Shown here piece after piece: positions 35,215-46,300 of a DNA stretch of 64,000 nucleotides. Location: contig CATNEN010000003.1 of assembly GCA_950097015.1 (NCBI GenBank), positions 12,462,001 to 12,526,000 on the forward strand, written 5' to 3'. Position 1 is the first letter of the stretch; each line of letters opens with the position of its first letter. The translations under genes were made by a program, and so were the position numbers. The notes beneath the pieces are model-generated. The model saw only the letters and a program-made list of their open reading frames with translations, had not been told where the DNA came from and made no database searches. This DNA is from Macrostomum hystrix. Taxonomy: Eukaryota > Animalia > Platyhelminthes.

Positions 35215-36765
35215 TGTGGGTAGAGAGTGGAGGGATTTGTGGATAGAGAGTGGAGGGATTTGTGGATAGAGAGTGGAGGGATTTGTGGATAGAGAGTGGA
35301 GGGATTTGTGGATAGAGAGTGGAGGAATTTGTGGATAGAGAGTGGAGGAATTTGTGGATAGAGAGTGGAGGGATTTGTGGATAGAGAGTGGAGGAATTTG
35401 TGGATAGAGAGTGGAGGAATTTGTGGATAGAGAGTGGAGGAATTTGTGGATAGAGAGTGGAGGGATTTGTGGATAGAGAGTGGAGGGATTTGTGGACAGA
35501 GAGTTGAGGGATGTGGATAGAGAGTGGAGGAATTTGTGGATAGAGAGGAGGGATTTGTGGATAGAGAGTGGAGGAATTTGTGGATAGATAGTGGAGGGAT
35601 TTGTGGATAGAGAGTGGAGGGATTTGTGGATAGAGAGTGGAGGAATTTGTGGATAGAGAGTCGAGGAATTTGTGGATAGAGAGTGGAGGGATTTGTGGAT
35701 AGAGAGTGGAGGGATTTGTGGATAGAGAGAGGAGGAATTTGTGGATAGAGTTTAGGGTTGAGGGATGTGGATAGAGACTGGAGAGATTTGCGGATAGAGT
35801 TTAGGTTGGTGGATAGAGAGTGCAAGGGTTTGTGGATAGAGAGTGCAGGGGTTTGTGGATAGATAGTGGAGGGATTTGTGGATAGAGAGTGCAGGGGTTT
35901 GTGGATAGAGAGTGGAGGGATTTGTGGATAGAGAGTGGAGGGATTTGTGGATAGAGAGAGGAGGAATTTGTGGATAGAGAGTGCAGGGGTTTGTGGATAG
36001 AGAGTGGAGGGATTTGTGGATAGAGAGTGCAGGGGTTTGTGGATAGAGAGTGGAGGGATTTGTGGATAGAGAGTGAAGGGATTTGTGGATAGAGAGAGGA
36101 GGAATTTGTGGATAGAGTTTAGGGTTGAGGGATGTGGATAGAGACTGGAGAGATTTGCGGATAGAGTTTAGGTATGTGGATAGAGAGTGCAGGGGTTTGT
36201 GGATAGAGAGTGCAGGGGTTTGTGGATAGAGAGTGGAGGGATTTGTGGATAGAGAGTGCAGGGGTTTGTGGATAGAGAGTGGAGGGATTTGTGGATAGAG
36301 AGTGCAGGGGTTTGTGGATAGAGAGTGCAGGGATTTGTGGATAGAGAGTGCAGGGGTTTGTGGATAGAGAGTGGAGGGATTTGTGGATAGAGAGTGAAGG
36401 GATTTGTGGATAGAGAGAGGAGGAATTTGTGGATAGAGTTTAGGGTTGAGGGATGTGGATAGAGACTGGAGAGATTTGCGGATAGAGTTTAGGTATGTGG
36501 ATAGAGAGTGCAGGGGTTTGTGGATAGAGAGTGCAGGGGTTTGTGGATAGAGAGTGGAGGGATTTGTGGATAGAGAGTGCAGGGGTTTGTGGATAGAGAG
36601 TGGAGGGATTTGTGGATAGAGAGTGGAGGGATTTGTGGATAGAGAGGGAGGGATTTGTGGATAGAGAGTGCAGGGGTTTGTGGATAGAGAGTGGAGGGAT
36701 TTGTGGATAGAGAGTGGAGGGATTTGTGGATAGAGAGTGCAGGGGTTTGTGGATAGAGTGGTGGA
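35215..36765 (+). repeat. 23-bp minisatellite TTGTGGATAGAGAGTGGAGGGAT with higher-order blocks
   Basis: Tandem units; a variant block (TTTAGGGTTGAGGGATGTGGATAGAGACTGGAGAGATTTGCGG) recurs near 35750, 36118 and 36438. Confidence 0.97.
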
Positions 36766-37275
36766 TGGGTTTACAGTAATCACCTGTCTGAGCCGCGATG
36801 AAAATAGCCGTGATTTTCGCCAAAGAAAAAAAGCTCGGCATGTTTTCCTTGGCCGAACTGAGCTCAGCTAGCAACTATTGCGCATGTACTCGCACAGACC
36901 ATTTAGCTATGATTAGCATAATACTGCCGCATGACTAAACAGGGCGCACTGTATTTCGCTGTTAACACGCGGGACCTGTTGTCCCTATATAATATGCGCT
37001 CCTATGACCTCTCTGCCCGTCATGGAAATGCCAGTGCATAGCTTTTTTTCTACATAGATTTGCTTAGTTCCAATGAAAAATTCAGGTCGCATAGCCAAAG
37101 TAATGGGACATTGCCTAGCCTTGTGCGTATTTATACTGCTTAGTAATAGATAAGACGGACACTCTGGTGTGCTGTGCCATTATTAGACTATTTCAAGGCT
37201 CTATTTGGCTCTGGCTTTATAGAATAGCTGTCCATTAAATTAGATCTATTTCCTATTAGTCTATATCGGATTATC

Positions 37276-38519
37276 ATGTCGGATCCTTTCCTGTTGGATC
37301 AGGGGGCGCTGGAGGCCAAGCTCAAACTGTTGCAAGAGAACTTCGAAACCTGGCGTCAGATTCGCGACAGTAAAGATGTCGCCGAGTTTGTGGCCAGAGC
37401 CGAAGAATTCAACTGGCTTAGCGGTGGGTAAATATATTATCTGACTGTTGTCTTTGATTACTACGATGTGAATGCGTTGTTCCTCTATAATTCACGCACA
37501 GTTTCCCACTCTTTGGGCCATAGACATCTTAGCTCCCCATGCAGTAATATACTTGCATTGGTCATAGTGCAAGTGCCTTTTAGCCATAGACAACTTGACT
37601 CTTTTAACGGTAGGGCACTGGAAACCACATTGGTCTTTTAGCCATAGACAACTTGACTCCTTAAAGGTATAGGCACTTGCAATCGCATCGGTATTTAAGC
37701 CATAGACAACTTTGGATATCTTAATTAATTGTACAGCTTCCGGGTCTCTGCGCCATAAAAAACGTTAGCTACTTTCTCAACAGTATTGCAGTCGCTCGGT
37801 CCTTGGGCCATAGACAACTATTAGAGAAGCGAATTTGACAAATTTTTCCTATCAGGCCTCTCCCCGATTCGAACTTCCGACCTACAGTTGAAATCTCGCA
37901 GGGCATAAAAAACGCCGGCTGGGATTTGGACGACCTAGAGGAGACGCTGAAGATGATGTCGGAGAGTCGACAATTGTCGATTGGCGAGGCCGACCGGGAC
38001 AGTCGCCTGCGATTCATCGCCGACGCCAGGCAGCTGCTGCGACACATCAGCGCCGAGACTCTGCCGCCGTCGCATTCGACTTCATCAGCTGGCAGACTGG
38101 CGGCGTTGGCAGACGCCGAACTGTTGACAGTCGGTCGAGCCGGCGCTTCCAGATCCGCCGGGGCGTCGGTTAGTCTGCAGCAGCATCCGCATCATTTTGT
38201 TGAAGAGCCAGCTAGCCTAGACCTACTGGATCCTGGCGAATATTACAGCGGCAGTGGCAGCGACACTGGCCGGAGCCGATGGAAGCGTAGATTTGAAGCC
38301 GCGGTCACCTTCGGGCCGTTGCGTCAGCTGGGCGCTAACGATACCTGGCGCTGCTGCTGTTGCTTCTGCTCCAAGAGGCAGCTTCGTGCAGCTGTGGCTT
38401 CTGTTGTCGGCGTGCTGATTGTCCTACTCATCGTTGGCATCGCGCTCTCGGTGGCACGACGTCGAGGCGATGTCGGAACTGACATAGGCAACAGTACTAC
38501 TGTTCAGCCCGGTAACTGA
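37276..38519 (+). CDS. Syntaxin-6 N-terminal (Habc) domain + TM protein lacking a SNARE motif, paralog A (exons 37276-37423, 37888-38519; 3' end provisional)
   Basis: MSDPFLLDQGALEAKL...FETWRQ...EEFNWLS|VEISQGIKNAGWDLDDLEETL...DRDSRLRFIADARQLL aligns to the STX6 N-terminus (EDPFFVV...QRW...[28 protein letters not shown]...RKAFI). Then a low-complexity linker, Cys cluster, TM AAVASVVGVLIVLLIVGIALSVA and a short tail. Possible donor at 38512. Confidence 0.8.
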
Positions 38520-38633
38520 GCAAAACTATTACTCACAAGTAGTGCTGAGTGTTTGTGATTTCACTTTGTCTCAATCAGTTTAATGTACATTATTAACTTC
38601 ACTTTTTAGGGAAACTTAAAACGAAAATAAATT

Positions 38634-38797
38634 GCTCTGCATTGCTTCAGTTCACCCAGCTGTTAAATGGGTACCAGCATTAGCTGGGTTAGATGGTATG
38701 TGGACTGAACAGTCCATGGACTGAACAGCCGTACGCAGCCTTCAGATGCGCCGCGCAATAGCTGCGGCTGTGCATGTGAGGCTGTACATTTGGCCAC
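38634..38797 (+). mobile_element. CORE-type SINE family 1, 5'-truncated copy
   Basis: CTCTGCATTGCTTCAGTTCACCCAGCTGTTAAATGGGTACC...GCAGCCTTCAGATGCGCCGCGCAATAGCTGCGGCTGTG, near identical to the copy at 3714. Confidence 0.85.
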
Positions 38798-39344
38798 ACA
38801 GAGCTAGGTGACATTTTAATCTACCGAGTCTATGCAAAAAACATTGTGGCCTTGCTTCATTGTATCGATTATCAAATTTATTCGCATATTAGCACGGCAA
38901 AGTGTAATTTTATCTGCATTATATAACAGAACAAGTTTTGCATCACTCGCAAATAAAATGTGCCTTTTTATATTTAATTCCTGTGCAACCTCGCGTTTTT
39001 GTGCATGCAAATCATTTTTGTATAATTTTAATATTTCTTGTCTGCTCTACTTTTAGTAGCGTCGATTGAAAAAAACGTTAAAATTAGACATTGATTACGA
39101 GTTGTAATATTTCTTATTGTATTAATAGTTCCGTATAATAATAAAATAAAAACGCTGGTGTGGGGCAAATATATTTGCTGATGACTGCCTTGCTGTGTTA
39201 CAAGAATTTAGTCATTTTGCTGGATAATTTCAAACAAAAGGATTGTTGTAACAAAAAATTATATTGGTGCGCAACGATAGTGCAAAAAGTGTATCAGAAT
39301 TATAACTTTTAGCTTGTTACTTCTGTTAACTTTTTTAGACAAAT

Positions 39345-40205
39345 ACCTAACCTGTTCGACACATCTCCCAAACTTGTGAGACACATCTCCCAAACCTGTT
39401 AGACACATCTCCCAAAACTGTCAGACACATCTCCCAAACCTGTTAGACACATCTCCCAAACCTGTTAGACACATCTCCCAAACCTGTTAGACACATGTCC
39501 CGAACCTGTTAGACACATCTCCCAAACCTGTTAGACACATCTCCCAAACCTGTTAGACACATCTCCCAAACCTGTTAGACACATCTCCCAAACCTGTTAG
39601 ACACATCTCCCAAACCTGTTAGACACATCTCCCAAACCTGTTAGACACATGTCCCGAACCTGTTAGACACATCTCCCAAACCTGTTAGACACATCTCCCA
39701 AACCTGTTAGACACATCTCCCAAACCTGTTAGACACATGTCCCGAACCTGTTAGACACATCTCCCAAACCTGTTAGACACATCTCCCAAACCTGTTAGAC
39801 ACATGTCCCGAACCTGTTAGACACATCTCCCAAACCTGTTAGACACATCTCCCAAACCTGTTAGACACATCTCCCAAACCTGTTAGACACATCTCCCAAA
39901 CCTGTTAGACACATCTCCCAAACCTGTTAGACACATCTCCCAAACCTGTTAGACACATGTCCCGAACCTGTTAGACACATCTCTCAAACCTGTTAGACAC
40001 ATCTCCCAAAACAGTTAGACATAACTCCCAAAACTGTTAGACAAATTTCCAAAACCTGTTAGACACAGCTTAAATGTTAGACAAATTTCCAAAACCTGTT
40101 AGACACAGCTTAAATGTTAGACAAATTTCCAAAACCTGTTAGACACAGCTTAACTGTTAGACATTTTTCCAAAACCTGTTAGACACAGCTTAAATATTAG
40201 ACACT
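39345..40205 (+). repeat. 22-bp minisatellite CCTGTTAGACACATCTCCCAAA
   Basis: About 30 units plus a degenerate tail, between the 3' ends of the two syntaxin-6-like genes. Confidence 0.97.
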
Positions 40206-40248
40206 TATTTTATACATGTTACACACGTCCCTCTTGTTCAGCACTCTG

Positions 40249-42341
40249 CTATTTGTTGCACAAATGAAGGGTTTTCTTCCAACCAGGAGGGCATGAGGTG
40301 GGTTGCGGTCCAACGGTGGTCAAGGCGTTGCCTGTTGTAGCCGAACTAGATGCCGTGTGCTTCGCTGCCAGAGCTACAACGGTTACAAATACAATCAGGC
40401 AGATAATGCCCAGCATAGCTAGGAGGTAGCGATAGCGGTAGACGCATCCTGTCCAATCGCGTTCGTAGAGTCGGTTCCTACGGCGCAGGTCCTGCAGGCT
40501 GTTCAGCTCCACGGTAGGAAATGACAGCGAGCTGGAGCCTGCAGTGTCCTTCCGCCAGCTGATGAGGGGCATCGCAGCTTTGGCTGGAGCTGGGTACTCC
40601 TCGTCGGGTTTAATCGGCTGCTTCTGGCTGAGATTGGCTTCCAAGTCGATCTCTTCTTCGGCCCCTTAGATTAGAAGGTATAAGACAGGTAGGTAGGTAT
40701 ATGCGATTTAACTTGTGGACCTTATAAGGGCCGTTTTAAAGCTGTAGGTCCCCAAAGCTACTAAGATTGAATCCGCGGCGAGGTCATATATATTTAGGTT
40801 TCTGGTCGCGTAATTTAAGGGCCAAACCTCAAGGCACTGTATTAAGATTGAAAATAGTTGTCTGACAATGAGAAAGTCGCTGGGCAGATGTAAACACCTG
40901 TGTTGTCTGGGACTAGTGTCTAAATTATTTGGAGCAAGGGTTATGGCCTAGTGGTTATGGCATCGGACTTACGACTTGAAGGTCGGGGGTTCGATTCCCG
41001 ACTCAGTTTGTGCCCTTTAGCAAAGTCAGACATTTTGGTACACGTGCCAGCTGCCTCTTACCGTCCCGTTGCACTTGTGTTGCTAAGCCAACTGCCAAAT
41101 TGGCCATCGCGATCTCCCTGGCAACCTCGTCTAGGAAACCTCTGACTCGAGCTAGGAATGCGGCTCGACTGTCCCTGTCGCTAGCCAGAGATAAGCTGGG
41201 CGATTTGTTTTTTAGCATCAGCCCGAGTGTCTCCTGAAGGTCGTCGATGTCCCAACCGATGGCACGCACGGATGTGGTTAGTTCGTCTGATTGGTTTCAA
41301 AATTATAGCAATAAGTGGGTTAGGGTTAACTTCTAATGCGTGTGTACCTTGAAGGGGTATAGGGATATGCTGTAACATGGAGCTGCATGCGTGCATTAAA
41401 TGGTTTCAGAGGGGTGCCGAGGATAGTCTAGAATTTTTGTGAACATTGAAGGGTATAGAGGGGTGGTGGGGTCAGTTTAGGGTGTGTACATTCAAGGGGT
41501 AAGGAGGGGTCGTGGGTCAGTTTATGGTGTGTACGTGCAAGGGTATAGAGGGTTGGTGGGGTCAGTTTAAAGTGTGCACATTAAAGCGGTCTAGAGGGGG
41601 TGGGGTCAGTTTAAAGTGTGCACATTAAAGCGGTGTAGAGGGGGTGGGGTCAGTTTAAAGTGTGCACATTAAAGCGGTGTAGAGGGGGTGGGGTCAGTTT
41701 AAAGTGTGCACATTAAAGCGGTGTAGAGGGGGTGGGGTCAGTTTAAAGTGTGCACATTAAAGCGGTGTAGAGGGGGTGGGGTCAGTTTAAAGTGTGCACA
41801 TTAAAGCGGTGTAGAGGGGGTGGGGTCAGTTTAAAGTGTGCACATTAAAGCGGTGTGGAGGGTTGGTGGGGTCAGTTTAAAGTGTGCACATTAAAGCGGT
41901 GTAGAGGGGGTGGGGTCAGTTTAAAGTGTGCACATTAAAGCGGTGTGGAGGGTTGGTGGGGTCAGTTTAAAGTGTGCACATTAAAGCGGTGTAGAGGGGG
42001 TGGGGTCAGTTTAAAGTGTGCACATTAAAGCGGTGTAGAGGGAGTGGGGTCAGTTATTGTGTACATTGAAGTGTGTACATTGAAGGGTATAGAGGGGTGG
42101 GTGGGGTAATCTTAGAATCGCTGCGAACACAGACAGTCTATGGGAGTCGGGTGCGTTGCAAACAAGCCGCCATTTACGCACTAGTCAGGCAGTGAAACTC
42201 CTCTTCCAAGTCCTCTCGTTCGTCTGTTCCAAACGGAGGCCTCTCACAGTCTCGCAGCTGACGCCAGCGCTCAAACTGCGGCCTCATCCGTTCCAGTTGG
42301 CCTTCGACCTTGTTCTGGTCGAGAAGAAACGGATCCTCCAT
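40249..42341 (-). CDS. Syntaxin-6 N-terminal (Habc) domain + TM protein lacking a SNARE motif, paralog B (exons 42341-42182, 41286-41062, 40664-40249)
   Basis: MEDPFLLDQNKVEGQLERMRPQFERWRQ...EEEFHCLT|NELTTSVRAIGWDIDDLQETL...DRDSRAAFLARVR, then a linker, TM YLLAMLGIICLIVFVTVVALAA and a Ser/Thr-rich tail ending CPPGWKKTLHLCNK. Phase-1 introns checked. Confidence 0.8.
40765..40925 (+). mobile_element. SINE family 2, diverged partial copy
   Basis: CCGCGGCGAGGTCA, CTGACAATGAGAAAGTC..GGGCAGAT and CTAGTGTC match the 5175-5537 element. Confidence 0.6.
40932..41035 (+). mobile_element. SINE family 1, 5' head fragment
   Basis: GGCCTAGTGGTTATGGCATCGGACTTACGACTTGAAGGTCGGGGGTTCGATTCCCGACTC...TGTGCCCTTTAGCAA. 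Confidence 0.8.
41450..42110 (+). repeat. 44-bp minisatellite (GGGTCAGTTTAAAGTGTGCACATTAAAGCGGTGTAGAGGGGGTG)
   Basis: About 11 near-perfect units plus degenerate flanks in intron 1 of paralog B. Confidence 0.95.
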
Positions 42342-43154
42342 TATTGTTGAATAGCGTTATATTTATTAATATGTGACTGAATCAAACTGTCGCAACTGAA
42401 TTTCACCTAGTTGGCTCTATGTAAACAGGTAAGTAGTTGCAGAATGCTCAGGTTTAGAAAAAAAATGGTATCTCTTAGCAGCCTTATCATACTTTATCTG
42501 TTGATAGCTTAGCTTTCAATTCTATATTACATTATAGGCATTCTCGAATTGAACTTTGGAATGACAATTGCGGACTTGACTGATCTCTAGCTTGATAGTA
42601 AACTGTGTAACTGTGTACAGTCACAAATTGACTCAAACTCAAACACTGACACATAATATTTGATATGACTTTTTTCAAATTGTCATATTCTACTAAAAGT
42701 AGTGTAGCAGCTTGAAAATAGTGTCTTTCCAATTGCGATATGAATAGGTTAAGTTAGGTTTGATACCTTGTTAGGCCAGTGACACAGCAGCAGCTTTGCT
42801 TCGACACTTTTTGAGAAATCTTGTTTCCTAACAGGCAGGCATTTTGCAGGTACTGCTTGAAAATAAGTTTGCGGGATTAAAAAAAGACAGGAAATTGCAC
42901 AAAAAACGCTATACAAAAAGATAATTCCATTTAGACGTTCAGAAAAAATAGTATAGAAACAATAATCCACATAATCTAAAAAAACTGACTCAAGCTTAAT
43001 TAGTAATATAATACATGAAAACCACGAACCGCATTAATAATTCATATAAAAATTTTGTAAATTAAAATATTTTTACAATAGTGGGACTTATTCTACAAAT
43101 GTACTTATTTTCCTAATGAAAAAATGAAAAAAACAACTAGAAAATATATTTTTG

Positions 43155-43325
43155 GGTTGACTGGTGAGCATGTACATTGAGGGGTCTTGTAGGTCTTGTA
43201 GGTCTTGACTGGCGGGCATGTACATTGGGGGGTAGGAATTGTAGGACTTGACTGGCGAGCATGTACATTAGAGGGTAGGACTATAAGGGCTTGACTGGCG
43301 AGCATGTACATTGAGGGGTACTTGA
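43155..43325. repeat. Short degenerate tandem repeat (TTGACTGGCGAGCATGTACATTGAGGGGT) adjoining the LINE 3' end
   Basis: Four related copies. Confidence 0.75.
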
Positions 43326-46300
43326 CCTGCTTGACTTAGCTGCAGGGCGGTCCCATAGAGGGACACAGCGGGAAGGCGATGCCGCCCATTCCGCATAGTC
43401 CCTGAACGACCGACGCACAGTCACGGACGAGGAGTTGGCGTCGCCCAGGGAGGTCCCTCGGAGTCGCTCTCCGCAGCCACGTTGCTCACTGGAAGAGGGA
43501 GTTCAGCTCTGCGGGTGGCCCGAAAGTAGCGCATGAGCTGATTAAAGTTTTCGGGTTTACATGCTTCCTGGATGGAATTGTGTGGCCCGAGATAGGTAAT
43601 TCTGTCCCGCATGAAGGCGGGGCAGATGCTGACAAAATGTTCAGCGGTTTCGTCACCTGAGTTGCAAAAACTACAGGTAGCGTTTGTAACATTGCCTTGC
43701 AGGTATTGGTGCCTGGTGAAGCACCCATGCCCAGACAGAGTCATGGTGGCCGCTCGGATGTCCTTGCGCGGGAGACGCAGAAGGAGCCTCTCTAGACTGC
43801 CTGCAGTTGTTGCAGTTCGCCCAGAGCGAGTAGTGCTGTAGTTTCACGCACGCTTTGATGCGTGAGTTGATGACACAGTTTGGGACCGGAACCAGAGGTT
43901 CCGGTCCCCAGGAGGATCCAGCGGCGCCGGCTTTCGCTAGAACGTCAGCCAGCTCGTTGCCCTGAAATCCCTCGTGTCCGGGCACCCATTTAAGGGTGAC
44001 CTTGTTGGTGGAGGCCAACATGTTGAGATGCTTGATACAGTCGAGGACCGTTGCCGAGCCAATGCAGCGACTGCGGATGGCATACAGTGCTGCCTGACTG
44101 TCAGAGTGGAAGATGATATCCTTACCTTTCACGCCAGTAGCGAGCAGCTCTGCAGAGCAGGAGCTGATGGCAAGGACCTCATTCTGGAAGACACTGGAGT
44201 TGACGCCAGTGTGTTGAGCGTGGGTTGCAACCAGCTGCCCATTGTGAAAGATGCAGACACCGAAACAGGTGTTCTTTGACTGTTTGGATCCATCAGTGTA
44301 GCAATGAAGTTCACCGCGATTCCAGCTGTCATTGATTTCGTCGCGTGGATCGATGACTACGTCGTAGACTTGTCTCGCGTTCGGTCTCGAGGCGATGTTA
44401 TCCGTGAGGACATGATGGGCACCGCACTCGTTGAGGATTTTGAGGCAAAGATCGCTGTGCCTCTTGTGAAAAGAGGATAATTTTCCTCTTAGCGAATGCT
44501 CTCATAAACTTGAACTTGACGCCCGCATCAAGTAGACGCCTAGTCGATTTGGCAGCTTCGCCTCTGATAAAGATGTCCAGAGGTGGAAGATCCAAGAAGG
44601 CCGCCATACCAGCAAAGGGTGTTGACCTGGTGGCGTTGCAGATCAGTCAACATGCCCTTCCCTGGACCGTGTTGAGCAGGTCAGCATGACTATTGACCTG
44701 GGTAGCGCTGACCCAGATCAAGGAGGCGTAGGTGATGGCGGGTCTCACCACAGAGGTATGGATCCACCAAAGACGCTTTGGGGATAGACCCCAGGAGGTT
44801 CCCAGCGCACGCCGGAGCTGCGCTAGGACCGCAGAAGCACGTTGTGCTTTGGCCTTCACGTGGAAAGACCAGTTGAGTCTGTGGTTGAGCATGACCCCAA
44901 GACACCTGGTCCTTTGAGCGAAGGTGATGTCCTTGCCATAGAGTTGCAGAGGCTTTATGTTCCACCGGATCTTACTGGTGAACATAATGGCAACAGTTTT
45001 AGGCTCTGAAAGCCTTAAGCCGTTGTCCTCGGCCCAGGTCTCAGCTTTGCGGAGAAACGCTTGCATAAGATCCCTGAGCGTGCTAGGCGACGGTCCCGCA
45101 ACAATGGCAGTGACGTCGTCGGCATACCCGATTTTTTGTACGGGGTCAGGTCTGGAACTGCTCAGGAGAGAGTCGATGACCATGTTCTAGAGGGTGGGAG
45201 TAAGGACTCCCCCTTGGGGGCCGCCTGTGCAAACCCTGGTAGTGGCAGTCTGCCCAAGCAGATGAGCAGTAACTGTTCGGTTCGAGATCATGTACTATTG
45301 TACATAATCCACCGAATAAGACACGCGTGAGCTTTATTATCCCGGAGGGTCTTCTCAAACGCCTGGATCAGGACATTGTCGAAGGCCCCCTCGATGTCGA
45401 GAAAAATAGCAAGGGCATAGCCGCCACCCAGCACAGTCTGCTCGATGATCTCCACGATCGCATGTAGGGCGCTATCGGTCGACCTCCCAGTACGGAAGGC
45501 ATGCTGATTGTCGCTGAGAGGTGTTGCAGTCAGCTCGCGGGATAGTAGCCGCCAGTGCACCAGCCTTTCCATTAGCTTGAGCAGGAAGGAAGCTTAAGCT
45601 GATCGGCCTGAAGGCCTTAACGCTCTGGTAGTCTCCCTTCCCTGGCTTGGGTATGAAGACCACCCGAGCATTAGTCCAGCAGCTGGGCACAAACCCTAGC
45701 CGGATCGATGCCCGCATGAGGTTGCAGGTAATACTCCGGAACTTCTGGATCTTCGCCGCCTCGCGAAGGAGGATTGCGTAGATGCCAGCAGGTCCCGGAG
45801 ACTTGAAAGGTTTGAAGGTCCTAACGGCACAAGCAATTAGGTCTTCATTAATGATGATTTTCGCCAGGATGTCGCCTTCCAGCGAGTGGTTTGGCTCCAT
45901 GTTGGCTGTGGGAACCGGTGGGAAGAAACTGCCTAGCATGCGTTGGAGAACTTCCTGCGGTTCTTTGGTGAGAGAGCCATCATCATTCTTGATCATGGCT
46001 AGCTTGGACATCTTGTCCATATAGTAAGCGCTTTGGCAAGCCTAGAGGTAGGCTTGTCTTTGTCCAATTCATCGCAGAATTGTCTCCACTTACTTTCCTT
46101 GGCCTTGCGGATCTCGCGTTTGAAGTCCTTCGAGGCCGAGCGGAAGCTTTCCAAGTCCTCCGGCTTACCAGATTTCATGGCACGTCGATGCAGGGTTTTT
46201 GCCCTGTGTCGGAGTTTCTCCAACTCCGGGTTCCACCACGGCGCTGAGGATTTGCCTTTGTAGGCACGGACAGGGCAGTCAGCTTCGTAGGCCGCAGTAA

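Noticed and set aside
28292-36874. Long repetitive ORFs (28292..29008, 28430..29020, 34089..34703, 35154..35825, 35752..36783)
   Set aside because: Translations of stop-free minisatellites; the same applies to 27377..27706, 48148..48543 and 50452..50793.
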